A model generated the notes under the pieces. It ran no database searches, was not told where the DNA came from, and worked only from the letters and a program-made list of their open reading frames with translations. DNA of 63,440 nucleotides, filler included, from Kipferlia bialata (taxonomy: Eukaryota): assembly GCA_003568945.1 (NCBI GenBank). It is 6 parts of 5 records of this genome, joined end to end, with 100 filler letters (N's around TTAATTAATTAA, not from the genome) between each part and the next. Parts side by side here need not be neighbours in the genome. Positions count along the whole stretch, not along the records: positions 13,393 to 26,677 come from BDIP01000967.1; 5 more parts are not named here. One strand, written 5' to 3'. The translations under genes and the position numbers were made by a program. Within the stretch, counting starts at the first letter, position 1. Each line of letters opens with the position of its first letter. Of this stretch, positions 13,768-22,887 are shown piece by piece.

Positions 13768-14136
13768 TCATTTCAGCCTAATGCCTACTAGACTGCCTCG
13801 GGGATAGTGAGAATGGCTTCTGTGCACTGTCTTGAGGTCAGGGAACAGCTTACCAACGTTACACATGAATGTTCTCTTGTTAATTGTCTCTCTCCCAATA
13901 TCAGTCTTGGCAATAAAGTCCTCGTACAGCTGGCACTTGTTTACCTCTGCATCCTCAGCCATTTCTACGTGGTCAGTGAAGTACTGCTGGATAAGAGAGT
14001 GTTTCTCCTGCAGACTGAGCTTATAGTGGATCTCTCTTACCTTCCCTTCCCCAATTGAGTGCTTCAGCTCCTGAATATATGTATGTGTCAGTGGTGTCTC
14101 TTGGTTGAGTGTCAGTACAACAGTAACAGTAGTCAT
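13768..14136 (-). CDS. RFX-like / D5-C-terminal winged-helix DNA-binding protein
   Basis: QYFTDHVE...VNKCQLYEDF...INKRTFMCNVGKLFPDLKT...LVGIRLK resembles the RFX DBD pattern (LY..Y...VN.ASFGK.IRSVF..L.T...YYGIRLK). Confidence 0.6.
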   Translation of the reverse strand: MTTVTVVLTLNQETPLTHTYIQELKHSIGEGKVREIHYKLSLQEKHSLIQQYFTDHVEMAEDAEVNKCQLYEDFIAKTDIGRETINKRTFMCNVGKLFPDLKTVHRSHSHYPRGSLVGIRLK

Positions 14137-14194
14137 AGGTTGGTATATATACGAATGGATCTATTCAATTAGATTTGAACACACTAGACTATCC

Positions 14195-14842
14195 CTAGAA
14201 GAACTGGGAGATATCCTCGTAGCCATGCTTTGGCCTCTTGGCCTTACTCTTGGCCTTACCCCTGTGATTTGTGCTAGTTATTGTCTCTCCTGCAGACATG
14301 GACTGTCCATCAGTGATGTTGGGGTTGTCTGCCTCCACTGTTAGCACATCCTCGTCCTCCTTCGTGGTTTTGAGATGTGTCCTCCCCAGCTCTTGCTTTC
14401 TGGGCTTCACAAAGAGATTGTTGTTGGTGCCATACTCACCCCCATCACCAGCTGCTCCCCCTCCCCCTCCATATGCCTTGATGTGTCTAGCAAAGCCAGA
14501 TGCAAAGCCTATGAATGATGCCTTGTCGTGATTGGATCCTGTCTCACTGTTATACTCCTTCAGTATCAGGTCCTCTACCTCCTTCTTTGTGGCCTTTATG
14601 CCGTCTTCTGCAAGGGTGGCACAGGCATCAGCTACCACTCTCGTCATTCTCTTGCCTGCAAATATGTCCTGCACAGCGCCGACTGCGACCTCTTTCACCA
14701 TTGGCTTCAGTGCAGCAGAGATGTGCTTGAGGGATGACCCAACCTTATCAGCTGCCTTCTTAACAGCCTTTCCTGCCTTGTGGGCTGCATCCTTCGCCCA
14801 TCCATTTCCATAGTTGCCATAACTGTAACAATCAAAGTCCAT
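14195..14842 (-). CDS. Viral ORFan, Lys/Ala/Gly-rich (possible core/DNA-condensing protein)
   Basis: 215-aa ORF with element promoter motif upstream; basic N- and C-terminal segments and a poly-Gly tract. Confidence 0.6.
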   Translation of the reverse strand: MDFDCYSYGNYGNGWAKDAAHKAGKAVKKAADKVGSSLKHISAALKPMVKEVAVGAVQDIFAGKRMTRVVADACATLAEDGIKATKKEVEDLILKEYNSETGSNHDKASFIGFASGFARHIKAYGGGGGAAGDGGEYGTNNNLFVKPRKQELGRTHLKTTKEDEDVLTVEADNPNITDGQSMSAGETITSTNHRGKAKSKAKRPKHGYEDISQFF

Positions 14843-14922
14843 TCTTGTGTAACCGTGTATATATAGAGAGCCGATTTATATAATTATATTATTAAATGTT
14901 TGTATATATAATATATTCAGAC

Positions 14923-15486
14923 ATGAGCAACATCAAAGCGCATATTCACAACCATGGCATGACGATACAGGGTCTCTCCATGTTCATAAACCGGTTCTAT
15001 AGACCACTGATGGGGAAACTGAACTACATTATCACTGGGACAGATGCTGCTGGGGGTATAGAGATACTGGGTGAGTTTCTCTCAGAGAATAGTACAATCA
15101 TATTCAATAGGATAGAGGGGGGCGGTGCTCACTTCACCTGTGTCTATGTCTGCGAGGAGGTGCAGCAGGCTGTGTACTTTGACTCTACCAATCTAACCCA
15201 GTGTCACTCTGATATTGTGGAGCTGTATAAGGAGGATGGTGTCACAGTGTTTGAGGCGTCACAGTATCTCTCCAATGACTTGCAGCTAGATCCAGCCAAT
15301 CACCTGTGCGGGTTCTACTGTGCTGCCTTCCTGATCTATATGCTAGAGAATAAAAAATACTACGTGAATGAGACAGATGCTGATACCATTACCACAATAT
15401 ACCTGCGGCTGATGCTGACATACAATACAATGTTCTATGGCAAGAGTATTAGTGAGAGTGTGTCTATTCTTGACGCCTTTTTCTGA
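14923..15486 (+). CDS. Adenain/Ulp1-like cysteine protease (capsid maturation protease) 1
   Basis: N..GGGAHF (His), VYFDS (Asp), LQ......LCGFYC (Gln/Cys); start at MSNIK after promoter motif. Confidence 0.85.
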   Translation: MSNIKAHIHNHGMTIQGLSMFINRFYRPLMGKLNYIITGTDAAGGIEILGEFLSENSTIIFNRIEGGGAHFTCVYVCEEVQQAVYFDSTNLTQCHSDIVELYKEDGVTVFEASQYLSNDLQLDPANHLCGFYCAAFLIYMLENKKYYVNETDADTITTIYLRLMLTYNTMFYGKSISESVSILDAFF

Positions 15487-16450
15487 GGAACATGACTGTT
15501 GCCATAATATCAGTCTGCCCAATCTCACCTCTGATCTTCAGGAGGGACAGTATCATATAGATGTTCTTCTCTAGCGCGTTGTCAATATCCGGCACCTTCA
15601 GCATCTTCCGAAGAGCCTTCTTCAGGTCCTCTGAACTCTTCTTCTCAATGACCCTATACTGCGGATCTCTCACATGTTCCTTTACATTAACAATCTTCTC
15701 GACAACCCTCAGCACATCCTTATTGTTTTTTAGGGGTAGATTCAGCCCATCACCAACACCATTGGGAGCAGGGGCGGGGGCAGGGGCGGGAGCAGGGGCA
15801 GGGGCAGGGGCAGGGGCAGGAGCCGGTGTGTCGTCCTCTCTGAATTTGGCCACGAACTTGTCTATCATCTCAATAGAGGCTCTGATATTCTTATAGGTCT
15901 TCCACAGGTTCTTACTGTTATACACAGCCACGAGGCCTGTCAGTGTAGCTCTGTCCTTATCAAACTGTACGATGTCTCCCTTGACCACAGCCTGAGCCTT
16001 GACATCCTCTGTGAGTGTCACCTTTGGCTCTATCGTGTCAACTATGGTTGTCTTGTACTTATTCACGAACTGGGTCACCTCGTAGCAGAATCTATTGACA
16101 TCCTTCTTGTGATCAGTCTTGCTCTTGACTTGCAGTGTACCCTTATCCAGATGCTCCTGGAAATGTGTGAGGTTGTTGAAGAGGGAAACGACACCATTCA
16201 GCACATCCACTAGCTGCTTATTGGCCTGGCTAGTTATACTCTTCTCATCTATCCTCTCTCCTGTCTTCTGTATCTTCTTGATCATCTCATCCTCTGTCAC
16301 ATTGTTAGGGTCCATTGCTTCCTGTATTTCCTGGTCTCTTAGCTCTGCCATCTCTTCAGGGTGTGTCTCAGTGACGCTGATATCGCCACCTGTCTCTTCA
16401 GTCTTTCCAAAGAGTACTCTGTACAGTTGGTCCATGTCAACTTTGTTCAT
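15464..16450 (-). CDS. Viral ORFan, helical/charged, with (Pro-Ala)n linker
   Basis: Likely start MNKVD at 16450 downstream of TATATATA; about 328 aa; about 10 PA repeats. Confidence 0.7.
   Translation of the reverse strand: MNKVDMDQLYRVLFGKTEETGGDISVTETHPEEMAELRDQEIQEAMDPNNVTEDEMIKKIQKTGERIDEKSITSQANKQLVDVLNGVVSLFNNLTHFQEHLDKGTLQVKSKTDHKKDVNRFCYEVTQFVNKYKTTIVDTIEPKVTLTEDVKAQAVVKGDIVQFDKDRATLTGLVAVYNSKNLWKTYKNIRASIEMIDKFVAKFREDDTPAPAPAPAPAPAPAPAPAPAPNGVGDGLNLPLKNNKDVLRVVEKIVNVKEHVRDPQYRVIEKKSSEDLKKALRKMLKVPDIDNALEKNIYMILSLLKIRGEIGQTDIMATVMFLRKRRQE
15764..15826 (-). repeat. Hexamer tandem repeat encoding (Pro-Ala) x ~10
   Basis: GCAGGG/GCGGG(A/G) repeats on + strand; PAPAPA... in the ORF. 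Confidence 0.9.
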
Positions 16451-16481
16451 AGTGTGGTTATGTATGTGTCGGTATATATAC

Positions 16482-16509
16482 AATTGAATATTTCTAATTA
16501 TTATATATA
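16482..16509 (+). promoter_or_regulatory. Element promoter motif AATTGAAT-N12-TATATATA (representative copy; recurs upstream of most element genes)
   Basis: Same architecture at 14170-14144(-), 18552-18578, 20782-20810, 24804-24830, 26076-26100, 26626-26652. Confidence 0.7.
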
Positions 16510-16526
16510 CATATAGTAGCAGCAGC

Positions 16527-17822
16527 ATGGCCGAAACACATTTGCATGTCCACACCTTCAGTACAGATATGAGTCAGAGAGAAATGAAGCAATACATTGT
16601 CACTGCCATCAAGAGCAGCACCAACTATACTGCAACTGGAGCATGTAAAGTAGGCATCAATAGTATAAACACGTATGCTGACGCACTCAGTAAGTTTGTG
16701 TTTGACGAGAAGCTAGACCTCAACAATACTAACACTGTGCGGGATGCAATCATGGGAACGACCAAGTATGGCCCGGGGACCAAGCGTAAGCTCATATCAG
16801 CACTGCGTAACTTTAGCAAGGACCCGAAACTGAAGCATGACATCTGTGCCCTGAATCTGCTGGCAAAGGAGAAGTATGCTGAGCAGGGTTACGTGCAGAA
16901 ACACCAGGAGCTGATCCACCCTGAGGACATTGTCAAGTATCACAGAGCAGCATACGATAAGTGCAAGCCCATTATTGACAGCTTCAGCGCTGATTCCAGC
17001 AAGGAGCAGAGAAAGCTTCGGCCTAGAGAGAAGAGGTACCTGCAGGAGTTTATCTTACTGTGGCTGGTTTATATGAACGTGCCCAGGCGAAGCAAGCTGT
17101 ACCTGTATCTACACCATGGCCCCTGCCCCAACTTATTTGAGCGTGAACACAACTATCTTGATATGGATGAGATGAAGCTGTACTGCAACAACTATAAGAC
17201 ATATGCCTGGTACAACCAGCAGATACTGAAGCTGAATGACCCACAGAACAATATATACAATCTGCCCATCGATAAGACGAATGAGGTGCTAGAGTTCTAT
17301 AAGGAGCACATATACCGCCATGAGATCAGCCAGAGTGTATTCAAGCTGAAGGAGTCGGCAAACAACAGCAGTATGGTTGCAAAGCTGCAACGGATCACAC
17401 AGAAGAACATATCGTTCCAGACAAGCAGAAAATCTTTCGCCACCTTCTACATTGAGGAAAGCAACCATTTGACCCAAATCGCGTACGAAATGGCTCACCA
17501 TTTGAAGACACACGTAGAAAATTATATCCTGCATTCCCAGGCCGCGGAGAGAGGGCTACAGGTGCCCAAACACGTCGAGGAAGACATGGAGCCGTCCGAG
17601 GGGTCAGATAGTTCCGAGTCCGAAGATATGCCGGACTTCCTAAAGAAACCTGCTGCATCTGCACCTGAGCAAGAGGAGTCGGACTCTTCTGAATCGGAGC
17701 TGTGGACGACAGAGGAGATAAAAAACAGTAACAATATTGAGGCTGAGGCTAAAGAGGCTAAAGAGGCCAAGAGGCGGTATCCAAGACGGAGAAAGGGTCC
17801 TCGGGTCTCATACAAACTGTAG
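16527..17822 (+). CDS. Tyrosine recombinase/integrase (PLV type)
   Basis: Catalytic R (VPRRSKLY), K (NNYKTYAWY), xxxR (QTSRKSFAT), H/Y (IAYEMAHHLKTHVENY); acidic and basic C-terminal tail. Confidence 0.85.
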   Translation: MAETHLHVHTFSTDMSQREMKQYIVTAIKSSTNYTATGACKVGINSINTYADALSKFVFDEKLDLNNTNTVRDAIMGTTKYGPGTKRKLISALRNFSKDPKLKHDICALNLLAKEKYAEQGYVQKHQELIHPEDIVKYHRAAYDKCKPIIDSFSADSSKEQRKLRPREKRYLQEFILLWLVYMNVPRRSKLYLYLHHGPCPNLFEREHNYLDMDEMKLYCNNYKTYAWYNQQILKLNDPQNNIYNLPIDKTNEVLEFYKEHIYRHEISQSVFKLKESANNSSMVAKLQRITQKNISFQTSRKSFATFYIEESNHLTQIAYEMAHHLKTHVENYILHSQAAERGLQVPKHVEEDMEPSEGSDSSESEDMPDFLKKPAASAPEQEESDSSESELWTTEEIKNSNNIEAEAKEAKEAKRRYPRRRKGPRVSYKL

Positions 17823-18512
17823 GGATGGGTCAGTGTATAGCTGGTTCTTGGCATCGAGCAGGAAGTAGAGAATCTTGCGTGGGTTGTTGATATTGATGAT
17901 GAACTTGCTATACTTGAACTTCTGCTCCTTGATATGCTTGTAGAACTGAGCCACACTCTCTTTGCTTGTCAGATCGGAGAGGAAGTTCTTATATAGGCGG
18001 TCTAGTATCAGAGAGTGGCTGTTGCGGAATACGACAAAGAGGTTATAGTCACTGAACATAGCTGGAGTGTATGGCTGGATACTCTTGATGAGATTGTATA
18101 TAGTGTTTCTGTTGTTGCGGCTGATCTCGAGGATAGGTTGCAGTGAAGCGGGCTTAGTGATGTCATCAAATATAATGAGTGCATCTTCCGTGTTCTTCAG
18201 TATGTTTATGACCGACTCAACACTGTTATAGAGGTTCATTTCTGTGGTGAGAACAAACCCATCTGTACCTGCCAGCTTTTTTTTAGCAACCTCCTGGCAG
18301 TAATCGAGGAGAGGCTGGTACTGCTTCACTGTGGGAGCAACAATGAATATACTAGGTACAATCTGATCGTCAATGTAGTGTTTCACAAGCTCAGAGATAA
18401 AGTGGGACTTGCCTGATCCAGCAGTGCCAATCACGAGTGCCTTTGTATATAGACTCGGGTTATCAGTACCACAAAGGGTGTTTACAACTTTCATTCTTTT
18501 AGCTGATGTCAT
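17808..18512 (-). CDS. A32-like (FtsK/HerA) DNA packaging ATPase
   Basis: Walker A IGTAGSGKS, Walker B LIIFDD, Arg motif ISRNNR; 234 aa; head-to-head with the MCP gene. Confidence 0.88.
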   Translation of the reverse strand: MTSAKRMKVVNTLCGTDNPSLYTKALVIGTAGSGKSHFISELVKHYIDDQIVPSIFIVAPTVKQYQPLLDYCQEVAKKKLAGTDGFVLTTEMNLYNSVESVINILKNTEDALIIFDDITKPASLQPILEISRNNRNTIYNLIKSIQPYTPAMFSDYNLFVVFRNSHSLILDRLYKNFLSDLTSKESVAQFYKHIKEQKFKYSKFIININNPRKILYFLLDAKNQLYTDPSLQFV

Positions 18513-18593
18513 AACAGAGGATATATAGTATTATGATTTATTTATTATTATAATTAAATATATGGCAACCTATATATACCAGCACTAGTACTA

Positions 18594-19919
18594 ATGTCCG
18601 ACCACGAAGACTACACCAAGGTTTCCAACATCCACTATCAGGACGTCCTGATCAACGATAACCTGAACGACACCTCATATCTGCAGTCTACCTGCACTGC
18701 CAACGACGATACCTCCTGCGACTTCAATCTCAAGCTGAATAACGGTAATGGCAGACTCATTTCCTATAGGGACACATGCCTGGTTCTGAAGTTCAAGGCC
18801 GAGATTGACCACACTAAGCAAGACCCAGTCTACTTCAGTAACCTGTGTTTCGTCAAGGCACTGAAGAACTTCTCGATGCAGATTGGAGCAACAACCGTTA
18901 TTAACAACAACAAGCACCAGGACATAATATCTATGTCGATTGTCAAGGGACTGCCTGCAAACATGCTCCGGCGGTATACACCATACCTGACCATCAAGTA
19001 CGACAAGACGGAACAGACACACTATGAGACACTCATCAATGGTGCCCAGAACAGCAACACTCAGTACATCTATATCTGTATCCCACTCTTCATCATCTCT
19101 AGCTTCTTTGCAAACTGCAAGCTCAACGTCAATGACATCACTATTCGTGCTGTAACTTACGACTCTGCTGATATAATGAAGAATATGTACACTTACAAGG
19201 CTGCTACTGCTGATGATGCAGAGGTGTACAGGGCATACAGCACAGACACTGGAAAGCTCCAGAACATCTCCCTTGAGAAGGCCTACCTTGAGCTCTGCCA
19301 GCTCAATCTCAGTGACAATGCTTCAGCTCAGCTCGCTGCAATGGATAGCATTACCGTACCATACGAGAAGTATGTTGTTGCACAGAAGACGCTTCAGGCC
19401 CAGTGCACACTCAGTCTAAGTACCAACAGTACAAAGCGTATTGAGATGATTCGCAAGAGCAAGGATAGGCCATGGCTGTATGCACCCATCTTCTTCAGGT
19501 CTCTCATCTACAACAACAACAATACCACCTATCCTCGAAACGCAGGTCAGAGTGGTGTGACAGAGCTGTCCATTATCCACAATGCGCTTCTATCCAACAT
19601 CAAGAACAACGGCCTCAACATCAAGCCCAACTACATATCACAGTACTCTCTGAATGAGAATCTGAACAACCAGTCAGAGTTCCACGTGTACTCAACTGAT
19701 GTCTCTATCCATGAGGCCAGAGATGTTGCACCAACCTGCCTCGGAACCAAGACACAGGATAGTGGCAACTACGATATCGTTCTCAACACAGACGAGGAGG
19801 CTGTTGACGAAGCTGGATACAGTGTACTGGTGCTGACAAGGGAGTACATCATTACCACATTCACTCGGCTGCCAAATGGTGAGGTTTCCGTCTCCACCAA
19901 GATCAACTCTGTCAACTAA
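18594..19919 (+). CDS. Major capsid protein (double jelly-roll), putative
   Basis: 441 aa, beta-strand and Asn/Thr rich; Polinton-MCP-like segments (NLCFVKALKNFSMQIGATTV; ICIPLFIISSFF); lies between ATPase and penton genes. Confidence 0.75.
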   Translation: MSDHEDYTKVSNIHYQDVLINDNLNDTSYLQSTCTANDDTSCDFNLKLNNGNGRLISYRDTCLVLKFKAEIDHTKQDPVYFSNLCFVKALKNFSMQIGATTVINNNKHQDIISMSIVKGLPANMLRRYTPYLTIKYDKTEQTHYETLINGAQNSNTQYIYICIPLFIISSFFANCKLNVNDITIRAVTYDSADIMKNMYTYKAATADDAEVYRAYSTDTGKLQNISLEKAYLELCQLNLSDNASAQLAAMDSITVPYEKYVVAQKTLQAQCTLSLSTNSTKRIEMIRKSKDRPWLYAPIFFRSLIYNNNNTTYPRNAGQSGVTELSIIHNALLSNIKNNGLNIKPNYISQYSLNENLNNQSEFHVYSTDVSIHEARDVAPTCLGTKTQDSGNYDIVLNTDEEAVDEAGYSVLVLTREYIITTFTRLPNGEVSVSTKINSVN

Positions 19920-19920
19920 G

Positions 19921-19953
19921 TAAAAAAATATGCTATCTCACTCTATTTTTTAG
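19921..19953. terminator. Bidirectional T-tract 3' signal between convergent capsid genes (weak AAAAAATA/TATTTTTT hairpin)
   Basis: T6 on + at 19946-19951 and T7 on - at 19922-19928, directly after both stop codons. Confidence 0.5.
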
Positions 19954-19957
19954 GGTA

Positions 19958-20740
19958 TCAGATGACCGAGAAGAATAGAGACCACTTGTCACCGTCCAGG
20001 TCAATCTTCCTGAATTGATTGTCCACTAGATCCACAGTGAAGCTATTGATGGTGTTATCCTCTATCATCACATTCTGCGCATCCATATGGTTGAACGTGT
20101 TGACACTGTTGGGAACGCGGAAGTAGCCGTGGAAGAGGATGTTCTTTAGCCCTGATGCTGAATCCACTGACTTGGTATTGATGTTCGTGTAAGAGTCAGT
20201 CTGAAGGTTGGTGGTGATGAAGAAATCGCTAATGGTGTTGGTTATGGACGGCTGGTAGGAACCCATGTGAAACTCGGCGCTGCCATCGTTCGCTATCACA
20301 TAATCGGCCGCATTCGCTGCTGCTTCTGTCTCAGTATACCCAAACATATATGCAAGGGCTGGACTGACTGCGACCTGGGCTATGTCGGGATTGGTGAACT
20401 TGAATGAGACCCTGTTTATGTTGTCGTCCATTATCAGCATCACACTGAGATCGTTGCTGTCAAACCACTCGTAGTTATCGAGGATGAATGCGTAGAATCG
20501 AGAGGTCATATCCCCTCCAGTATAGATACCAGTGTACAGCGTGAACACTAGCTCCTCTCCATCTGTTCTGGTAACCTTGATGTAGAAGTCAGTGCTGTTG
20601 GTCACATTTGGAGTCTTGAAAGGGATGTTGATGTTGGATATAGATATAAAGTGCTGGCGGTTAGGGTTTAGACGGACAGTGTCGTCGAGCTGGACAGATA
20701 TTGTTGAGTCGGTGCTGGTGGAGCTGAGTGCAAAGTTCAT
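19958..20740 (-). CDS. Minor capsid protein (single jelly-roll penton)
   Basis: Start MNFAL; Polinton/PLV penton pattern: VQLDDTVRL...ISISNINIPFKTPNV, LYTGIY, C-terminal INSFTVDLVDNQFRKIDLDG. Confidence 0.82.
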   Translation of the reverse strand: MNFALSSTSTDSTISVQLDDTVRLNPNRQHFISISNINIPFKTPNVTNSTDFYIKVTRTDGEELVFTLYTGIYTGGDMTSRFYAFILDNYEWFDSNDLSVMLIMDDNINRVSFKFTNPDIAQVAVSPALAYMFGYTETEAAANAADYVIANDGSAEFHMGSYQPSITNTISDFFITTNLQTDSYTNINTKSVDSASGLKNILFHGYFRVPNSVNTFNHMDAQNVMIEDNTINSFTVDLVDNQFRKIDLDGDKWSLFFSVI

Positions 20741-20820
20741 TCTTATTAAGTACGGAGTATATATATGGGACGGATATATATAATTATATAAATATACACT
20801 GCTATATATACCCAGCCAGA

Positions 20821-21996
20821 ATGTACTCATCCTTTTACGCAACGCTTATGAAGTCGAAACTCAACAAGAATGCTCTAGATCTCACAAACTATATATACAA
20901 AGACTATGATAAGCAGTTTGGCGATAAGTACTACTATAAGACCAAGTACTCACTGGCAGACGATGCAGACTATCACCTGTATAGAACCCTTAACGATGTC
21001 TCACTTGTGGTCGATGGAGAGAATATCCTGGTGCTGAATGATAACAAGACTCTTCTGTCTCTGATGTACAAGGACAGTATCATCACCAACACTGATATGA
21101 TGAGCTACAACTATGGGTCCGAGCTCCACATACTGATACAGCTGCTAAGTACAGACAACGTGACCTCCACAGTTCTTATACTGAAACTAGACCTGGACCC
21201 GGACACAGGCAAGTATGTACAGAAAGCCAACATGCAGGAAATTGAGGAAGCTTATGCGCAGGTCAAGATGCTAAGGCTGGCCTGTGACAAGCCAGGGTAC
21301 CTGTACAACTACACCAGTGGCTGCATCGAGTGCTACGAGATTCAGGAGGAGGTTCTGAAAGGTGTCGCCAATGGGAAGGGAAGCTACAACTGGGCCACCA
21401 TCACTGATGTCCAGAACACTGTTATTGACTTCTACTACAACAGCTCGAAGAAGGTGTGCTGCTACCTTGATGCCTCCAACTCACTCTATTTTGTTAACCT
21501 CACACACAGCATCTCCACCATTGTCACCAACTTCTACTTGTATAACGGTGTTACCGAGGGCAGGATGACAATAAACTACGAGCTGTCGCAACTGCTATAC
21601 GTCAAGAATGATATCATACACAAGATCGATCTCGCATCGGGTACTCATGTCTACACCTACGACATCAGCGGCTTTGCCTCGACACTGTACAATGTGGTAT
21701 GGAATGTGGCCAAGGATATACTGCTGCTTAATATCGGTGGTGGTAAGTTCCTCTTTATTGACTTGGTCAAGCAGACTCATGTGGAGAAACCTCTAGCATC
21801 CAAGCACATCATTCTGTGCCAGAACAGCACGCTGCTGAACGACGACTGCATTCTAAGTGCGGACTCTCTTATGAACCCCATTGTTGACTGCTCCGACAGC
21901 ACTATAATGGCAGACAACGTGATGATTAGAATAAACGAGAATACCCAGGTCTCACTCAAGGATATGTGGCTGAAGCTAAACAACCAAACCACCTAA
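20821..21996 (+). CDS. Viral ORFan, beta-rich (propeller-like?)
   Basis: Start MYSSF after TATATATA; about 391 aa with repeated short hydrophobic strands. Confidence 0.65.
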   Translation: MYSSFYATLMKSKLNKNALDLTNYIYKDYDKQFGDKYYYKTKYSLADDADYHLYRTLNDVSLVVDGENILVLNDNKTLLSLMYKDSIITNTDMMSYNYGSELHILIQLLSTDNVTSTVLILKLDLDPDTGKYVQKANMQEIEEAYAQVKMLRLACDKPGYLYNYTSGCIECYEIQEEVLKGVANGKGSYNWATITDVQNTVIDFYYNSSKKVCCYLDASNSLYFVNLTHSISTIVTNFYLYNGVTEGRMTINYELSQLLYVKNDIIHKIDLASGTHVYTYDISGFASTLYNVVWNVAKDILLLNIGGGKFLFIDLVKQTHVEKPLASKHIILCQNSTLLNDDCILSADSLMNPIVDCSDSTIMADNVMIRINENTQVSLKDMWLKLNNQTT

Positions 21997-22042
21997 ATAA
22001 TAATTGTATAATTTTTTGTATGTCTTATATAGCGACCCTTGA

Positions 22043-22819
22043 ATGATACCTCCTTCCTTTGCAACTGACCTAAGTAACCATATAGCCGAGACACCAAAAC
22101 AGAAACAGAAACAGAAACCAAGCCAAGTATGGAACATAGCCAAGCTCATTCTCCCATTTACACTCCTTGCCGCAGCTGTTGCAGGTATAACATGGTACTG
22201 CTGTGGTACTGAAACTGTGTCAGCATCATGCGACATTGATACTATAACAGATGCCCTCATGGCTAATGACACCTTCATTGACACTGTCACCGGCAGTTCC
22301 TACACCATCACTGCAGCAGACTACTCTGCCATAGCTGCACTTGTGGAGACTGATACAGGTACAGATACAGACACAGCTTCAGATTCAGAGATAGTTGCTA
22401 CTGTGAGTGCTCTGAATGATGCAAAACCGGTAGCAGAGATGCAGACTGTGGCATGGGGCTCAACGATAGCACTGGCTGGTGACAGGATAGAGAGCTATGA
22501 CTCTGAGACTCTGATGGACGGGTTTGAGATCACAGACGACGCCTTCACTGCCTTTGTTACAGGCCTGAACGACATTGATCCGGATTACATGATTGATAGT
22601 ATCGTATCCAACTACCAGACACCAATGGCTTACCGGTGGACACTCTGCTTCCTACTTGACATGAGCCAATACTGTTCAGAGGTGGAAATGTACCTGGGTG
22701 GGATACAGGCAAATATTGATGCTCACGGAGGACCAGACGCCTGGCAGTCTTATATTGACACTCATGATAACGATGTGAGCATATGGATGGCGGACAGACT
22801 TCAGTTCTATTATACCTAG
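22043..22819 (+). CDS. Viral membrane-anchored acidic protein
   Basis: Basic stretch KQKQKQK, then hydrophobic helix LILPFTLLAAAVAGITWYCCG, then an Asp/Thr-rich domain. Confidence 0.65.
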   Translation: MIPPSFATDLSNHIAETPKQKQKQKPSQVWNIAKLILPFTLLAAAVAGITWYCCGTETVSASCDIDTITDALMANDTFIDTVTGSSYTITAADYSAIAALVETDTGTDTDTASDSEIVATVSALNDAKPVAEMQTVAWGSTIALAGDRIESYDSETLMDGFEITDDAFTAFVTGLNDIDPDYMIDSIVSNYQTPMAYRWTLCFLLDMSQYCSEVEMYLGGIQANIDAHGGPDAWQSYIDTHDNDVSIWMADRLQFYYT

Positions 22820-22887
22820 TTCGGTTCTCTTCTTTTTTATTATTATATAATTAAATAAATTTGTAACCCATATATACTCAGCCACTA

